Assembly (NCBI GenBank): GCA_012727555.1
Contig: JAAYGT010000033.1
Span: 21,921-85,920, forward strand
DNA from: Alcaligenaceae bacterium
Lineage (GTDB): Bacteria > Pseudomonadota > Gammaproteobacteria > Burkholderiales > Burkholderiaceae_B
DNA: 64,000 nucleotides
Direction of reading: 5' to 3'
Below, one piece after another: positions 20,873 through 29,473 of this stretch (its first letter is position 1; every line of letters begins with the position of its first letter). A program made the position numbers and the translations under genes. The notes under the pieces were generated by a model, which searched no databases, had not been told where the DNA came from, and saw nothing but the letters and a program-made list of their open reading frames with translations.

Positions 20873-21913
20873 ATGACCCAACCCATTCTGCGTGAACTTG
20901 TCACCGATGCAACGGCCTGGAAAGGCCCTGACCTGCAAAACGATACATCCTGGATCTATCACCTGGATGCGGCCGACCTGAACGAGCTGGAGCAGGCCTG
21001 TGCGACCGTCAAAGAGGCCGGCCTGAACTGGGGGAACTTCACGAAAGAGCAGTTCCCACTGCCCGGGCTGAGCGCCAAACTGGCCGACATTGACCAGCAG
21101 ATCCGTCACGGACGCGGCTTTGTAGTGATCCGTGGTCTGCCCGTCAAAAAATACGACAACGAACAGATCAGAACGCTTTACTGGGGCCTTGGCACCCACC
21201 TGGGCCAGATCATTTCCCACAACGTGAAAGGCGACACCATGGCCCCGGTCACCGACCTGGGACTCAAGGACAACGACCCCAACCGCCGCAACAACACAAC
21301 AAACCAGGTGCTGGATCCGCACACGGATCTGGCCGATGTGGTTGCCCTGCTGTGCATTGAAAAAGCCCGCGAGGGCGGCATGAGCAGCCTGGCCAGTTCC
21401 GTGGCCATCCACAACGAAATCGTGAAAAACCACCCGGAATACCTGGAGGTGCTTTACAACGGCTTTTATCACGACTACCGGGGGTATGGCCCCAACGGTG
21501 ATCCCAACGAAGTGACCGAAACACGCATCCCCGTCTTCGAGTTCAACAATGGCCGTGTGAACTGCGCATTTGCCAAGAAAATCATCGAAACCGGTGCCCG
21601 CAAGCACGGTGTGCCACTGACCGAACTGCAACAGGCGGCGATCGACTACGTGCATGAACTGGCCATTCGTGAAGACATGCGGATCGACATGCTGCTGGAG
21701 CCGGGCGATATCCAGATCATCAACAACTACATGACCCTGCACGCACGCACCAACTACATTGACCACGATGACGGACGCAAGCGTTACCTGTTGCGCATGT
21801 GGATCAACCTGCCCGACAGCGTTCAACTGTCGCCGGATTTTGCCAAATTCGTGCGCCGCGGTATTCCTGCCCAGGAAAAGGCCGTGAAAGAGACTGCGGG
21901 AGCGGCTGCATGA
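20873..21913 (+). CDS. TauD/TfdA family Fe(II)/2-oxoglutarate dioxygenase
   Basis: 346 aa. HxD (DPHTDLAD) and distal His (TLHART) with a RYLLRMWI tail, typical of the TauD/clavaminate-synthase-like fold. AGGAG RBS. Confidence 0.8.
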   Translation: MTQPILRELVTDATAWKGPDLQNDTSWIYHLDAADLNELEQACATVKEAGLNWGNFTKEQFPLPGLSAKLADIDQQIRHGRGFVVIRGLPVKKYDNEQIRTLYWGLGTHLGQIISHNVKGDTMAPVTDLGLKDNDPNRRNNTTNQVLDPHTDLADVVALLCIEKAREGGMSSLASSVAIHNEIVKNHPEYLEVLYNGFYHDYRGYGPNGDPNEVTETRIPVFEFNNGRVNCAFAKKIIETGARKHGVPLTELQQAAIDYVHELAIREDMRIDMLLEPGDIQIINNYMTLHARTNYIDHDDGRKRYLLRMWINLPDSVQLSPDFAKFVRRGIPAQEKAVKETAGAAA

Positions 21914-23319
21914 ATGCCCCGGAAACCCTCGTGACCATGCCGGCAGTCACTGACACACTGGCCGCCTTCGCAGCCGGGCTGCGCTTTGAGGATCTGCCCG
22001 CTGACGTCGTTGAGCGCACCAAAATGCTGGTACTGGACCTGTCCGGCATTATCATCCGCTCGCAGGATTTCGATTCCACACTCAGCATGAAACAGGCACT
22101 GCATTGCCTGCAGGGTAACCGTGGCTCACTGCGCGTGATGGGCAGCAACGAACACTGGACCCCGCAGGCAGCAGCGCACCTGGCCGGCGCGGCAGCGCAC
22201 AGCATGGATTTCGATGACACCCATGCACGTGCGCAACTGCACCCCGGGGCCCCCGTGATCGCAGCCGCCTTCGCAGCCGCCCAATTGGCCGGCTGCAGCA
22301 CCCGGGCCCTGCTGACCGGCATTGTGGCGGGGTACGAAGTGATGATTCGTGCCGCCCTGGGCGCAGGTGCCCGCGCACACGCCGAGCGCGGTTTTCACCC
22401 GACCGCCACGGTGGGCGTGTTCGGGGCCGCCGCCGCGTGCGGCAACATTCTTGGACTTGATGCCACACAAATGGCGCACGCCTTCGGTTCGGCCCTGAGC
22501 CAGTCTGCAGGCACAGGACAATTTGCAGTCAACGGGGCCTGGACAAAACGCTTTCACGTTGGCTATGCCGCATCCAGTGGCCTGACCAGTGCCGTATTCG
22601 CCAGCCAGGGTTACACCGGCGCCACACAGGCCCTTGAAGGCCGGGAAGGTTTCTTCAACGTGTACTCACCCAGGCCGGAACCCGAACTGGCCGTACAAGG
22701 CCTGGGCCAACGCTGGGAAATCATGGAATCCGGCATCAAACCCTACCCCTGCTGCCGCGGCATTCATGCACCGCTCGATGCCCTGACCAGCTTGCAGCAA
22801 CAACACCCCTTCACGGCGGCCGATGTCGCAGCCGTACGTGTCGGTATGGCACGTCGTAGTGTGTTTGTGGTGGGTGAACCCCAGGAACGCCGCCGCAAAC
22901 CACGCAATGTGGTGGACTGCCAGTTCTCGACCCATCTGTGCATGGCCATTGCCCTGAAACACCGCCGCATGGGCTGGGATGACTACGAACCCGCACTGCT
23001 AGACCCGGACATCTTCAAACTGATGGAACGCATTGATGTCTTTGAAGATGCCGAATGCGAAGCCAACTTCCCCACAGCATTTTCTGCGGTCGTGGAAGTG
23101 ACGCTGAACTCGGGTGAAACACTGCGTGCCTTCCAGTACGCCCCCCGTGGCGAACCCGATGACATGCCCACACAGGACGCCATGCAGCAGAAATTCACCC
23201 TGCTGGCGCAACCCGTGCTGGGTGCCGCTGCGGCACAGGGGCTCTACCAGACGCTCATGCAACTGGATGCCGACCTGCCTGTGGATAAACTCTTTGATCA
23301 CTGCGCGCACATCGCCTGA
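21910..23319 (+). CDS. MmgE/PrpD family protein (second copy)
   Basis: About 469 aa from ATG 21910, which overlaps the TauD stop (ATGA). It has the same family blocks as the first copy (HSMDFDDTH, LHPGAPVIAAA, GFHPTATVGVFGAAAA). The longer ORF-track start at 21799 lies inside the TauD gene. Confidence 0.85.
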   Translation: MNAPETLVTMPAVTDTLAAFAAGLRFEDLPADVVERTKMLVLDLSGIIIRSQDFDSTLSMKQALHCLQGNRGSLRVMGSNEHWTPQAAAHLAGAAAHSMDFDDTHARAQLHPGAPVIAAAFAAAQLAGCSTRALLTGIVAGYEVMIRAALGAGARAHAERGFHPTATVGVFGAAAACGNILGLDATQMAHAFGSALSQSAGTGQFAVNGAWTKRFHVGYAASSGLTSAVFASQGYTGATQALEGREGFFNVYSPRPEPELAVQGLGQRWEIMESGIKPYPCCRGIHAPLDALTSLQQQHPFTAADVAAVRVGMARRSVFVVGEPQERRRKPRNVVDCQFSTHLCMAIALKHRRMGWDDYEPALLDPDIFKLMERIDVFEDAECEANFPTAFSAVVEVTLNSGETLRAFQYAPRGEPDDMPTQDAMQQKFTLLAQPVLGAAAAQGLYQTLMQLDADLPVDKLFDHCAHIA

Positions 23320-23341
23320 TGTGCAAAGGACCCGGCTCACC

Positions 23342-24088
23342 ATGACACAAGCCACACACCCACACACCGAACAGGAACTTCGCGTACAGCTGGCTGCCTG
23401 CTACCGCATCTTCGACATGCTGCGCTGGACCGAAATGATCTACAACCACATCACGCTGCGGGTACCTGGTCCGGAAAAACATTTTCTGATCAATCCGTTC
23501 GGACTGCTCTACAACGAGGTCACCGCCTCGAAACTGGTCAAGATCGACATTGACGGAAACGTGATTCAGGACAACGGTTACCCGGTCAATCCGGCAGGCT
23601 TCACCCTGCATTCGGCCATCCACAAACATGTGCCGGACGCGCACTGCATCATGCACACCCACACCACCGCGGGGTGTGCCGTTGCAAGCGCCGATTGCGG
23701 GCTGTCACCCGACAATTTCTATTCTGCCCAGTTGTACGACCGCGTGGCCTACCATGCGTTTGAAGGCATCACACTGCATGCCGAAGAAGGACCGCGGCTG
23801 ATCAAGTCCATCGACAACAAACCCGCCGTCATTCTGCGCAACCATGGCCTGCTCAGCTGGGGCCCCACACTACCCATGGCCTTCGCCACGCTCTGGACGC
23901 TCCAGCGTGCCTGTGAAATTCAGGTGATGGGCGCCGCACTGGGACCGACACGCGCCATTTCCAAAGCCATCCAGCAACAATGCAGTGCCCAGGCCCTGCA
24001 GTTCGATCCCCGGCACGGCGCAGGCGAAGACGTATTTGCTGCGCTGGTGCGCCAGGTCGAGCGGCTTGACCCGTCCTACAAAGACTGA
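23342..24088 (+). CDS. Class II aldolase/adducin family protein
   Basis: 248 aa. Blocks NHITLRVPG, HSAIHKHVPDAHCIMHTHTTAG and LRNHGLLSWG are typical of the class II aldolase/adducin head fold. Family members act as aldolases, decarboxylases or dehydratases. Confidence 0.8.
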   Translation: MTQATHPHTEQELRVQLAACYRIFDMLRWTEMIYNHITLRVPGPEKHFLINPFGLLYNEVTASKLVKIDIDGNVIQDNGYPVNPAGFTLHSAIHKHVPDAHCIMHTHTTAGCAVASADCGLSPDNFYSAQLYDRVAYHAFEGITLHAEEGPRLIKSIDNKPAVILRNHGLLSWGPTLPMAFATLWTLQRACEIQVMGAALGPTRAISKAIQQQCSAQALQFDPRHGAGEDVFAALVRQVERLDPSYKD

Positions 24089-24099
24089 AAAGGTACACC

Positions 24100-25098
24100 A
24101 TGAAAGTATGTATCTACGGCCTGGGTGCGATCGGCGGCTTGCTGGCCGCGCGGCTGGCCGCACGCGGCGAAGTACAGACCAGTGCGGTGGCACGCGGAGC
24201 AACACTGCACACGCTGCAGCAACAGGGCCTGACCCTCATTGAAGGCCCGCCTGAGCAGTCAAAAGAGCAGCGCCATCGCCTGCACGCCAGCGACAACCCG
24301 ACCGACCTGGGTGTTCAGGATGTCGTCATTCTTTCGGTCAAAGCCACCGCTTTACCCGACGTGGCGAAGCACATCGCCCCCCTGCTGGGGCCCGACACCA
24401 CCTTGCTGTCCATGATGAACGGGGTTCCCTGGTGGTTCTTCCATGGTTTGCCCAACGCCCCCGAACAGATCCAGCTGACCAGTCTGGATCCTGACGGCAG
24501 GCTTGTGGCGGCACTGCCCTGCGACCGCGTGGTGGGTACCGTCACCCACCTGTCGGCGGCCAACCTGGGGCCCGGTATGGTGCGCCATGTAGCCGGTAAC
24601 CGCATCATCATCGGTGAACCTGGCGGCGGCACGGCCACCCCGCGGGCCCAGGCCATCCTGCAGGCACTGCAATCCGCCGGCTTCGACGTTGAACCCTCGG
24701 AACAAATCCAGAAAGACATCTGGTACAAACTGTGGGGCAACATGACTGTCAACCCGATTTCCGGACTGACCGGTGCAACAGGCGACAGAATTCTGGATGA
24801 TGCCTACGTGCGCCAGTTCATGAGCCGCTGCATGCACGAAGCTGCCGAAATCGGCCGTCGTATCGGCATAACGATTGACCAGGATCCGGAAGATCGTCAC
24901 CAGGTCACCCGTCAGCTGGGCGCATTTCGCACCTCCATGCTTCAGGACGTGCAGGCCGGCAAGGCCATCGAACTGGACGCCCTGGTGGGCGCTGTACTGG
25001 ACATTGCCCGCCAGGTACACGTTGCCGCACCGAATATTGAAACCCTCATGGGCCTGAGCCGGCTGCACGCCCGCACCCTGGGACTTTACCCGGCCTGA
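24100..25098 (+). CDS. Ketopantoate reductase (PanE/ApbA) family 2-oxoacid reductase
   Basis: 332 aa. N-terminal MKVCIYGLGAIGGLLAARLA Rossmann motif and KPR-family layout. Confidence 0.8.
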   Translation: MKVCIYGLGAIGGLLAARLAARGEVQTSAVARGATLHTLQQQGLTLIEGPPEQSKEQRHRLHASDNPTDLGVQDVVILSVKATALPDVAKHIAPLLGPDTTLLSMMNGVPWWFFHGLPNAPEQIQLTSLDPDGRLVAALPCDRVVGTVTHLSAANLGPGMVRHVAGNRIIIGEPGGGTATPRAQAILQALQSAGFDVEPSEQIQKDIWYKLWGNMTVNPISGLTGATGDRILDDAYVRQFMSRCMHEAAEIGRRIGITIDQDPEDRHQVTRQLGAFRTSMLQDVQAGKAIELDALVGAVLDIARQVHVAAPNIETLMGLSRLHARTLGLYPA

Positions 25099-25126
25099 GC
25101 AACGGTACAAGGAAAACGACAGCGTT

Positions 25127-25196
25127 AAGTGAACGCTGTCAGGTAAACGCTGTGAAGTGAAAGCTGTTAAGTGAACGCTGTCAGGTGAACGCTGTC
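25127..25196. repeat. Tandem repeat, 5 x 14 bp (consensus ARGTGAACGCTGTC)
   Basis: Read directly: aagtgaacgctgtc / aggtaaacgctgtg / aagtgaaagctgtt / aagtgaacgctgtc / aggtgaacgctgtc. A degenerate sixth unit follows. Upstream gacagcgtt (25118-25126) is the inverted complement of aacgctgtc. Confidence 0.9.
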
Positions 25197-25274
25197 AACG
25201 CAGCTCGTTCAAACCTTACCTGCCAACACAGACCTGGGGCTCTTGGAAGCAAGCATTACCCTGAGGTTCTGACA

Positions 25275-25470
25275 GGGAGCGGGGCCGCGCCGGGTGCTTG
25301 AGCACGCCGTTGTTTCTGCCCTGACCGGGGAAACAAGGGTCCAGCTGTCTGAGCGCGATGCTTGTCGATCCACCGGATCGACCGCGCGAGTTCTGGACCC
25401 GCCCCGGTCAGGGCAGAAACAACGGGAAGCCCGCAGGGCCGTGCGATGCACCTGGTGCGGCCCTGCACCC
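25275..25470. repeat. Long imperfect palindrome (rod-like hairpin) with a perfect 22-bp core stem
   Basis: GTTGTTTCTGCCCTGACCGGGG (25309-25330) is the exact reverse complement of 25402-25423. Further pairings: 25337-25344/25393-25400 (GGGTCCAG/CTGGACCC), apical 25366-25371/25375-25380, and an imperfect outer stem 25275-25297/25448-25470. Confidence 0.85.
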
Positions 25471-25534
25471 TGACAGAACCGGCAAAGCATACCCACACCC
25501 TTTGCAAGAAGCCACCCCTTTGCAAGAAAACGCA

Positions 25535-25584
25535 TCAAAGAAGCAAAGAACCGGCCGATGCAGTAAAAATCGCATCGGCCGGTT
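25535..25584 (-). terminator. Intrinsic terminator downstream of mhpE
   Basis: Perfect 13-bp stem AACCGGCCGATGC (25549-25561) / GCATCGGCCGGTT (25572-25584). On the minus strand a T-rich tract follows (CTTTGCTTCTTTG). It lies 25 nt after the mhpE stop. Confidence 0.65.
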
Positions 25585-25608
25585 TATTCACCAGATCTGA
25601 AACGTTGA

Positions 25609-26637
25609 TCAGCCTTGCTGCTTGGCACGCACCAGCGAAAGAGCGGTGTCTTCGATCATGTCTTCCTGGCCACCGACCATCCCGCGACGGCCCATTTCAA
25701 CCAAAATTTCACGGGCAGGAATGCCGAACTTCTGTTCAGCCCGTTTCGCAAACAACAGGAACGAACCATACACACCGGCGTAGCCCAATGTCAGGGCATC
25801 GCGGTCAACACGGATCGGGAAATCCATGATGGGTACGACCAGATCTTCGGCGACGTCCTGGATCTTGAAAACATCCACCCCGGTCTCAATGCCCATCAGG
25901 TCGAGCACGGCAACCAGCACTTCCATGGGCGTATTACCGGCACCGGCACCCAGACCGGCAGCAGCCGCATCGATACGGTCGGCACCGACTTCAATAGCGG
26001 CAATACTGTTGGCCACACCCATGGCCAGGTTGTGGTGGCCGTGGAAACCCAGTTCTGTTTCGGGCTTGAGGGCATCGCGCACAGCCTGCAGACGCTCTTT
26101 CACTGTACCAGGCAGCAAGTGGCCGGCGGAATCCGTGATGTAGATACAGTTCGCACCGTAGCTTTCCATCAGGCGTGCCTGCTTGACCAGACCTTCGGGG
26201 CTGTTCATGTGGCTCATCATCAGAAAACCGACCGTATCCATACCCAGTTTGCGACCCAGGGTAATGTGCTGTTCCGACACATCGGCTTCAGTACAGTGGG
26301 TGGCCACACGAATGGTGGTCACGCCCAGATCGTGGGCCATTTTCAGGTGATCCACAGTGCCAATGCCGGGCAACAACAAGGCCGAGACCTTGGCCTGCTT
26401 CAACTGGGGAATCACGGCGCTCAGGTATTCTTCGTCGCTGTGCGCAGGAAAGCCGTAGTTCACGGACGCACCGCCCAGACCATCACCGTGAGTGACTTCG
26501 ATCAGGGGAATGCCGGCCTCATCGAGCCCGCGGGCGATGGAAACCATCTGGTCCAGCGTGATCTGGTGACGCTTGGGGTGCATGCCATCGCGCAGGCTCA
26601 TGTCATGCAGAACGATTTTCTTGGTAGTTGCAGTCAT
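25609..26637 (-). CDS. mhpE: 4-hydroxy-2-oxovalerate aldolase
   Basis: 342 aa. [19 protein letters not shown] and [13 protein letters not shown] match DmpG/MhpE-type aldolases. AAGGAGA RBS. Confidence 0.9.
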   Translation of the reverse strand: MTATTKKIVLHDMSLRDGMHPKRHQITLDQMVSIARGLDEAGIPLIEVTHGDGLGGASVNYGFPAHSDEEYLSAVIPQLKQAKVSALLLPGIGTVDHLKMAHDLGVTTIRVATHCTEADVSEQHITLGRKLGMDTVGFLMMSHMNSPEGLVKQARLMESYGANCIYITDSAGHLLPGTVKERLQAVRDALKPETELGFHGHHNLAMGVANSIAAIEVGADRIDAAAAGLGAGAGNTPMEVLVAVLDLMGIETGVDVFKIQDVAEDLVVPIMDFPIRVDRDALTLGYAGVYGSFLLFAKRAEQKFGIPAREILVEMGRRGMVGGQEDMIEDTALSLVRAKQQG

Positions 26638-26651
26638 GGTGTTCTCCTTGC

Positions 26652-27548
26652 TCAGGCGGTTTCGGCCGCGATCATCTGTTCGGCAAACATTTCGGCGGTA
26701 CGTGCTGCGGCAGCTGTCATGATGTCAAGGTTGCCCGAATACTTGGGCAGGTAGTCGCCCAGGCCTTCCACTTCCAGATAGATGGAAACGCGGTTGCCAT
26801 CGAACACCGGACCGTTGACCAGACGATAGCCCGGCACATACTTCTGCACTTCCTTGATCATGGCGTGCACCGATTCGGTGATACGGGCCTGATCGGGTTC
26901 ATCATCGGTCAGGCAGTGCACGGTATCACGCATGATCAGCGGCGGTTCGGCCGGGTTCAGAATGATGATGGCCTTGCCTTCGCGAGCGCCACCCACACGT
27001 TCGACCGCGCCGGCGGTGGTGCGGGTGAACTCATCAATGTTCTTGCGTGTACCGGGACCGGCCGATTTGGAAGACACCGTAGCCACGATTTCAGCGTATT
27101 TAACCGACTGCACACGCGAAACGGCATGCACCATGGGAATGGTGGCCTGACCGCCGCACGTCACCATGTTCACGTTTTTCTCGCCACGACCCAGGTGTTC
27201 CTGCAGGTTGACCGGAGGCACACAGAACGGGCCAATGGCTGCCGGCGTGAGATCGATCATCATCACGCCCAGTGCGGTGAGCTTGTCGGAGTTGTCTTTG
27301 TGCACATAGGCACTGGTTGCATCGAATGCAATCTGGATGTTGTCTGCCTTGACATGCGGCACCAGGGCATCGACCCCTTCTGCCGTCGTCTTGATACCCA
27401 GTGCCGCAGCGCGCTTCAAGCCATCGGACTCAGGATCGACCCCGACCATCCAGACAGGTTCCAGTACAGGGCTGCGCATGAGCTTGGCCAGAAGGTCCGT
27501 GCCGATGTTGCCCGGGCCAATAATGGCGCAACGAAGTTTTTTCGCCAT
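26652..27548 (-). CDS. mhpF: Acetaldehyde dehydrogenase (acetylating)
   Basis: 298 aa. [19 protein letters not shown] and [12 protein letters not shown] match DmpF/MhpF. Located immediately upstream of mhpE. Confidence 0.9.
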   Translation of the reverse strand: MAKKLRCAIIGPGNIGTDLLAKLMRSPVLEPVWMVGVDPESDGLKRAAALGIKTTAEGVDALVPHVKADNIQIAFDATSAYVHKDNSDKLTALGVMMIDLTPAAIGPFCVPPVNLQEHLGRGEKNVNMVTCGGQATIPMVHAVSRVQSVKYAEIVATVSSKSAGPGTRKNIDEFTRTTAGAVERVGGAREGKAIIILNPAEPPLIMRDTVHCLTDDEPDQARITESVHAMIKEVQKYVPGYRLVNGPVFDGNRVSIYLEVEGLGDYLPKYSGNLDIMTAAAARTAEMFAEQMIAAETA

Positions 27549-27610
27549 GGTGTTCTCCAGTAAAAAAAGGAGCCCCGGACCTGTGACCCGGGACGGGTAT
27601 CAGGAAGGGC

Positions 27611-28894
27611 TTATTGCCCGAAAAGACTCAGGGGTGCCAGTGAAATCCAGGGCACATACGTTGTCAGGATCAGTGCCAGGAACATGGCGAACACAAAGGG
27701 CATTGATCCGGCCGACACTTTTTCAAGCGAGGTTTCACCCACCCGGGCCCCGACGAACAGGTTGACACCAACCGGCGGCGTGACCATGCCAATGGCCAGG
27801 TTCACGATCATGACAATACCGAAGTGAATGGGATCAACACCCACGGCCGTAACCACCGGCAACAGAATGGGCACCAGAATGATGATGGCCGCCAGGGTTT
27901 CCATGAACATGCCAACAAACAACAGCAGTACGTTAACCAGCAGCAGGATCAAGATAGGGTTGTCGGTCAGGTGCACGATGTAGTCGGCGATCATGAACGG
28001 AATACGCTCAATGGCCAGCATGCGCCCGAAAATGGTGGCGGTTCCGACAATCACGATCACTGTAGCCGACGTAAGGGCCGACGTGCTGATGACCTTGTAC
28101 AGGTCTTTCCATTGCAGTTCGCGGTAAACAAATACCCCGACAATGAAACCGTAAATGACACCAACGGCAGCGGCTTCAGTGGGCGTGAACACACCGCCAT
28201 AAATACCGCCGAGGATGATCACGGGCACCAGCAAGGCCCATTTGGCATCGGAAATGACAGCCCAGGCCTGCGCTGCGTTAAAGCGCTGTTCAGACCCCGT
28301 GTAACCTTCCTTGCGAGCCTTCAGCCAGGCCGTGACAATAAGAAATGCACCGATCATGAACCCGGGAATGATGCCGGCCAGAAACATTTGCGTAATCGAC
28401 ACGTTAGCCGACACGGCGTAAATGATCATGGGGATACTGGGCGGGATAATGATACCCAGGCTGCCGGCAGACGCCAGCAAACCGACGGAATAACCTTTGT
28501 CGTAACCCGCTTTGGCCATCGCAGGTAACAGCAGACCGCCAATTGCAGCAACCGTTGCAGGGCCCGATCCGGAAATAGCGGCAAAAAACAGGCAGGTGAC
28601 CACGCCGATGATGGCCAGACCCCCGGTATAGCGACCGAAGAAAACATTGGCAACCGCCAGCAGGCGGCGCGACAGCCCCCCGGCCCCCATCAGATCACCG
28701 GCCAGAATGAAGAACGGCACTGCCATGAGCGGAAAGGAGTCAATCGAGGTGACCAACCCCTGGGCGATGTACGAACTGCTGACCTTGCCGCTATAGAGCA
28801 AAGCCAATGCCGATGCCAGGCCCAGTGATATGGCCACCGGCACGCTGGCGACCAGGAAAAGAATGAAACAACCGAAAAGAATCAGTGAGACCAT
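27611..28894 (-). CDS. dctM: TRAP transporter large permease (DctM family)
   Basis: 427 aa polytopic membrane protein (GIIIPPSIPMIIYA, TPTEAAAVGVIYGF). Downstream of dctQ and upstream of mhpF on the minus strand. Confidence 0.9.
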   Translation of the reverse strand: MVSLILFGCFILFLVASVPVAISLGLASALALLYSGKVSSSYIAQGLVTSIDSFPLMAVPFFILAGDLMGAGGLSRRLLAVANVFFGRYTGGLAIIGVVTCLFFAAISGSGPATVAAIGGLLLPAMAKAGYDKGYSVGLLASAGSLGIIIPPSIPMIIYAVSANVSITQMFLAGIIPGFMIGAFLIVTAWLKARKEGYTGSEQRFNAAQAWAVISDAKWALLVPVIILGGIYGGVFTPTEAAAVGVIYGFIVGVFVYRELQWKDLYKVISTSALTSATVIVIVGTATIFGRMLAIERIPFMIADYIVHLTDNPILILLLVNVLLLFVGMFMETLAAIIILVPILLPVVTAVGVDPIHFGIVMIVNLAIGMVTPPVGVNLFVGARVGETSLEKVSAGSMPFVFAMFLALILTTYVPWISLAPLSLFGQ

Positions 28895-28899
28895 GATGG

Positions 28900-29376
28900 T
28901 CAGGCTCCCGAACGCATGGCGCGAATTTCACCCACGATGGACTGGATCAGCCTGAGGATGACCAGCCCGAACCCCACAACCGGTGCCATATAGATATAGC
29001 CCATGGGCACGCCCATGGCTGAGGACTGCTGGCCGAACTTGAAAATTTTCAGAGTCAGCGCATAGCCTTCCTTGAGCACCAGTACAGCAAACAGAATGAA
29101 CAGCAGGTGAGCCACGATGGCAGCAATATGGCGATAAAACGGGCTGAAACGCTGAACCAGGGCCTCAACGGCAATGTGACCTTTGCGCTTCACGCCGCAG
29201 GCCACCCCGATGTACGTTGCCCAGATGAAACAATACCGGGCCAACTCTTCAGACCACGTGAGCGAGTCGTTCATGACATAACGCATGAACACTTGCACAC
29301 CGATCAAAAGGGACATAAGAGACAGAAGAAACACAAGCAGCATTTCTTCGAAATTTTCATCGAGAAACTTGAGCAT
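28900..29376 (-). CDS. dctQ: TRAP transporter small permease (DctQ family)
   Basis: 158 aa four-helix hydrophobic protein between dctP and dctM. Confidence 0.85.
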   Translation of the reverse strand: MLKFLDENFEEMLLVFLLSLMSLLIGVQVFMRYVMNDSLTWSEELARYCFIWATYIGVACGVKRKGHIAVEALVQRFSPFYRHIAAIVAHLLFILFAVLVLKEGYALTLKIFKFGQQSSAMGVPMGYIYMAPVVGFGLVILRLIQSIVGEIRAMRSGA

Positions 29377-29425
29377 GGGGGTAGCGCCTGATCGGGCAAT
29401 GGCACGTGCAATGGCCTGGGAAATT

Positions 29426-29459
29426 ACGACAAAGGCAGGTGGATACCTGCCCTTGTCGT
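29426..29459 (-). other. Intercistronic stem-loop between dctP and dctQ
   Basis: ACGACAAAGGCAGG-tggata-CCTGCCCTTGTCGT, a 14-bp stem with one mismatch. It starts 15 nt after the dctP stop on the minus strand. Confidence 0.5.
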
Positions 29460-29473
29460 GATGGCGTTAATGC

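Noticed and set aside
20537-21826. 429-aa minus-strand ORF
   Set aside because: It is antisense to the DUF4387 and TauD genes, which have RBSs, tight operon spacing and family motifs. The antisense product has none.
25127-25196. Possible CRISPR array
   Set aside because: The repeats are only 14 bp and are contiguous with no spacers. No cas genes occur in the window. This is a simple tandem repeat.
25209-25829. Several 76-155 aa ORFs on both strands over the long palindrome (25209-25538 minus, 25256-25525 minus, 25358-25600 plus, 25362-25829 plus)
   Set aside because: They mirror each other because of the palindrome and are Arg/Pro/Gly-rich. They lack RBSs, and one runs into the mhpE coding region antisense. 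I treat the region as non-coding.
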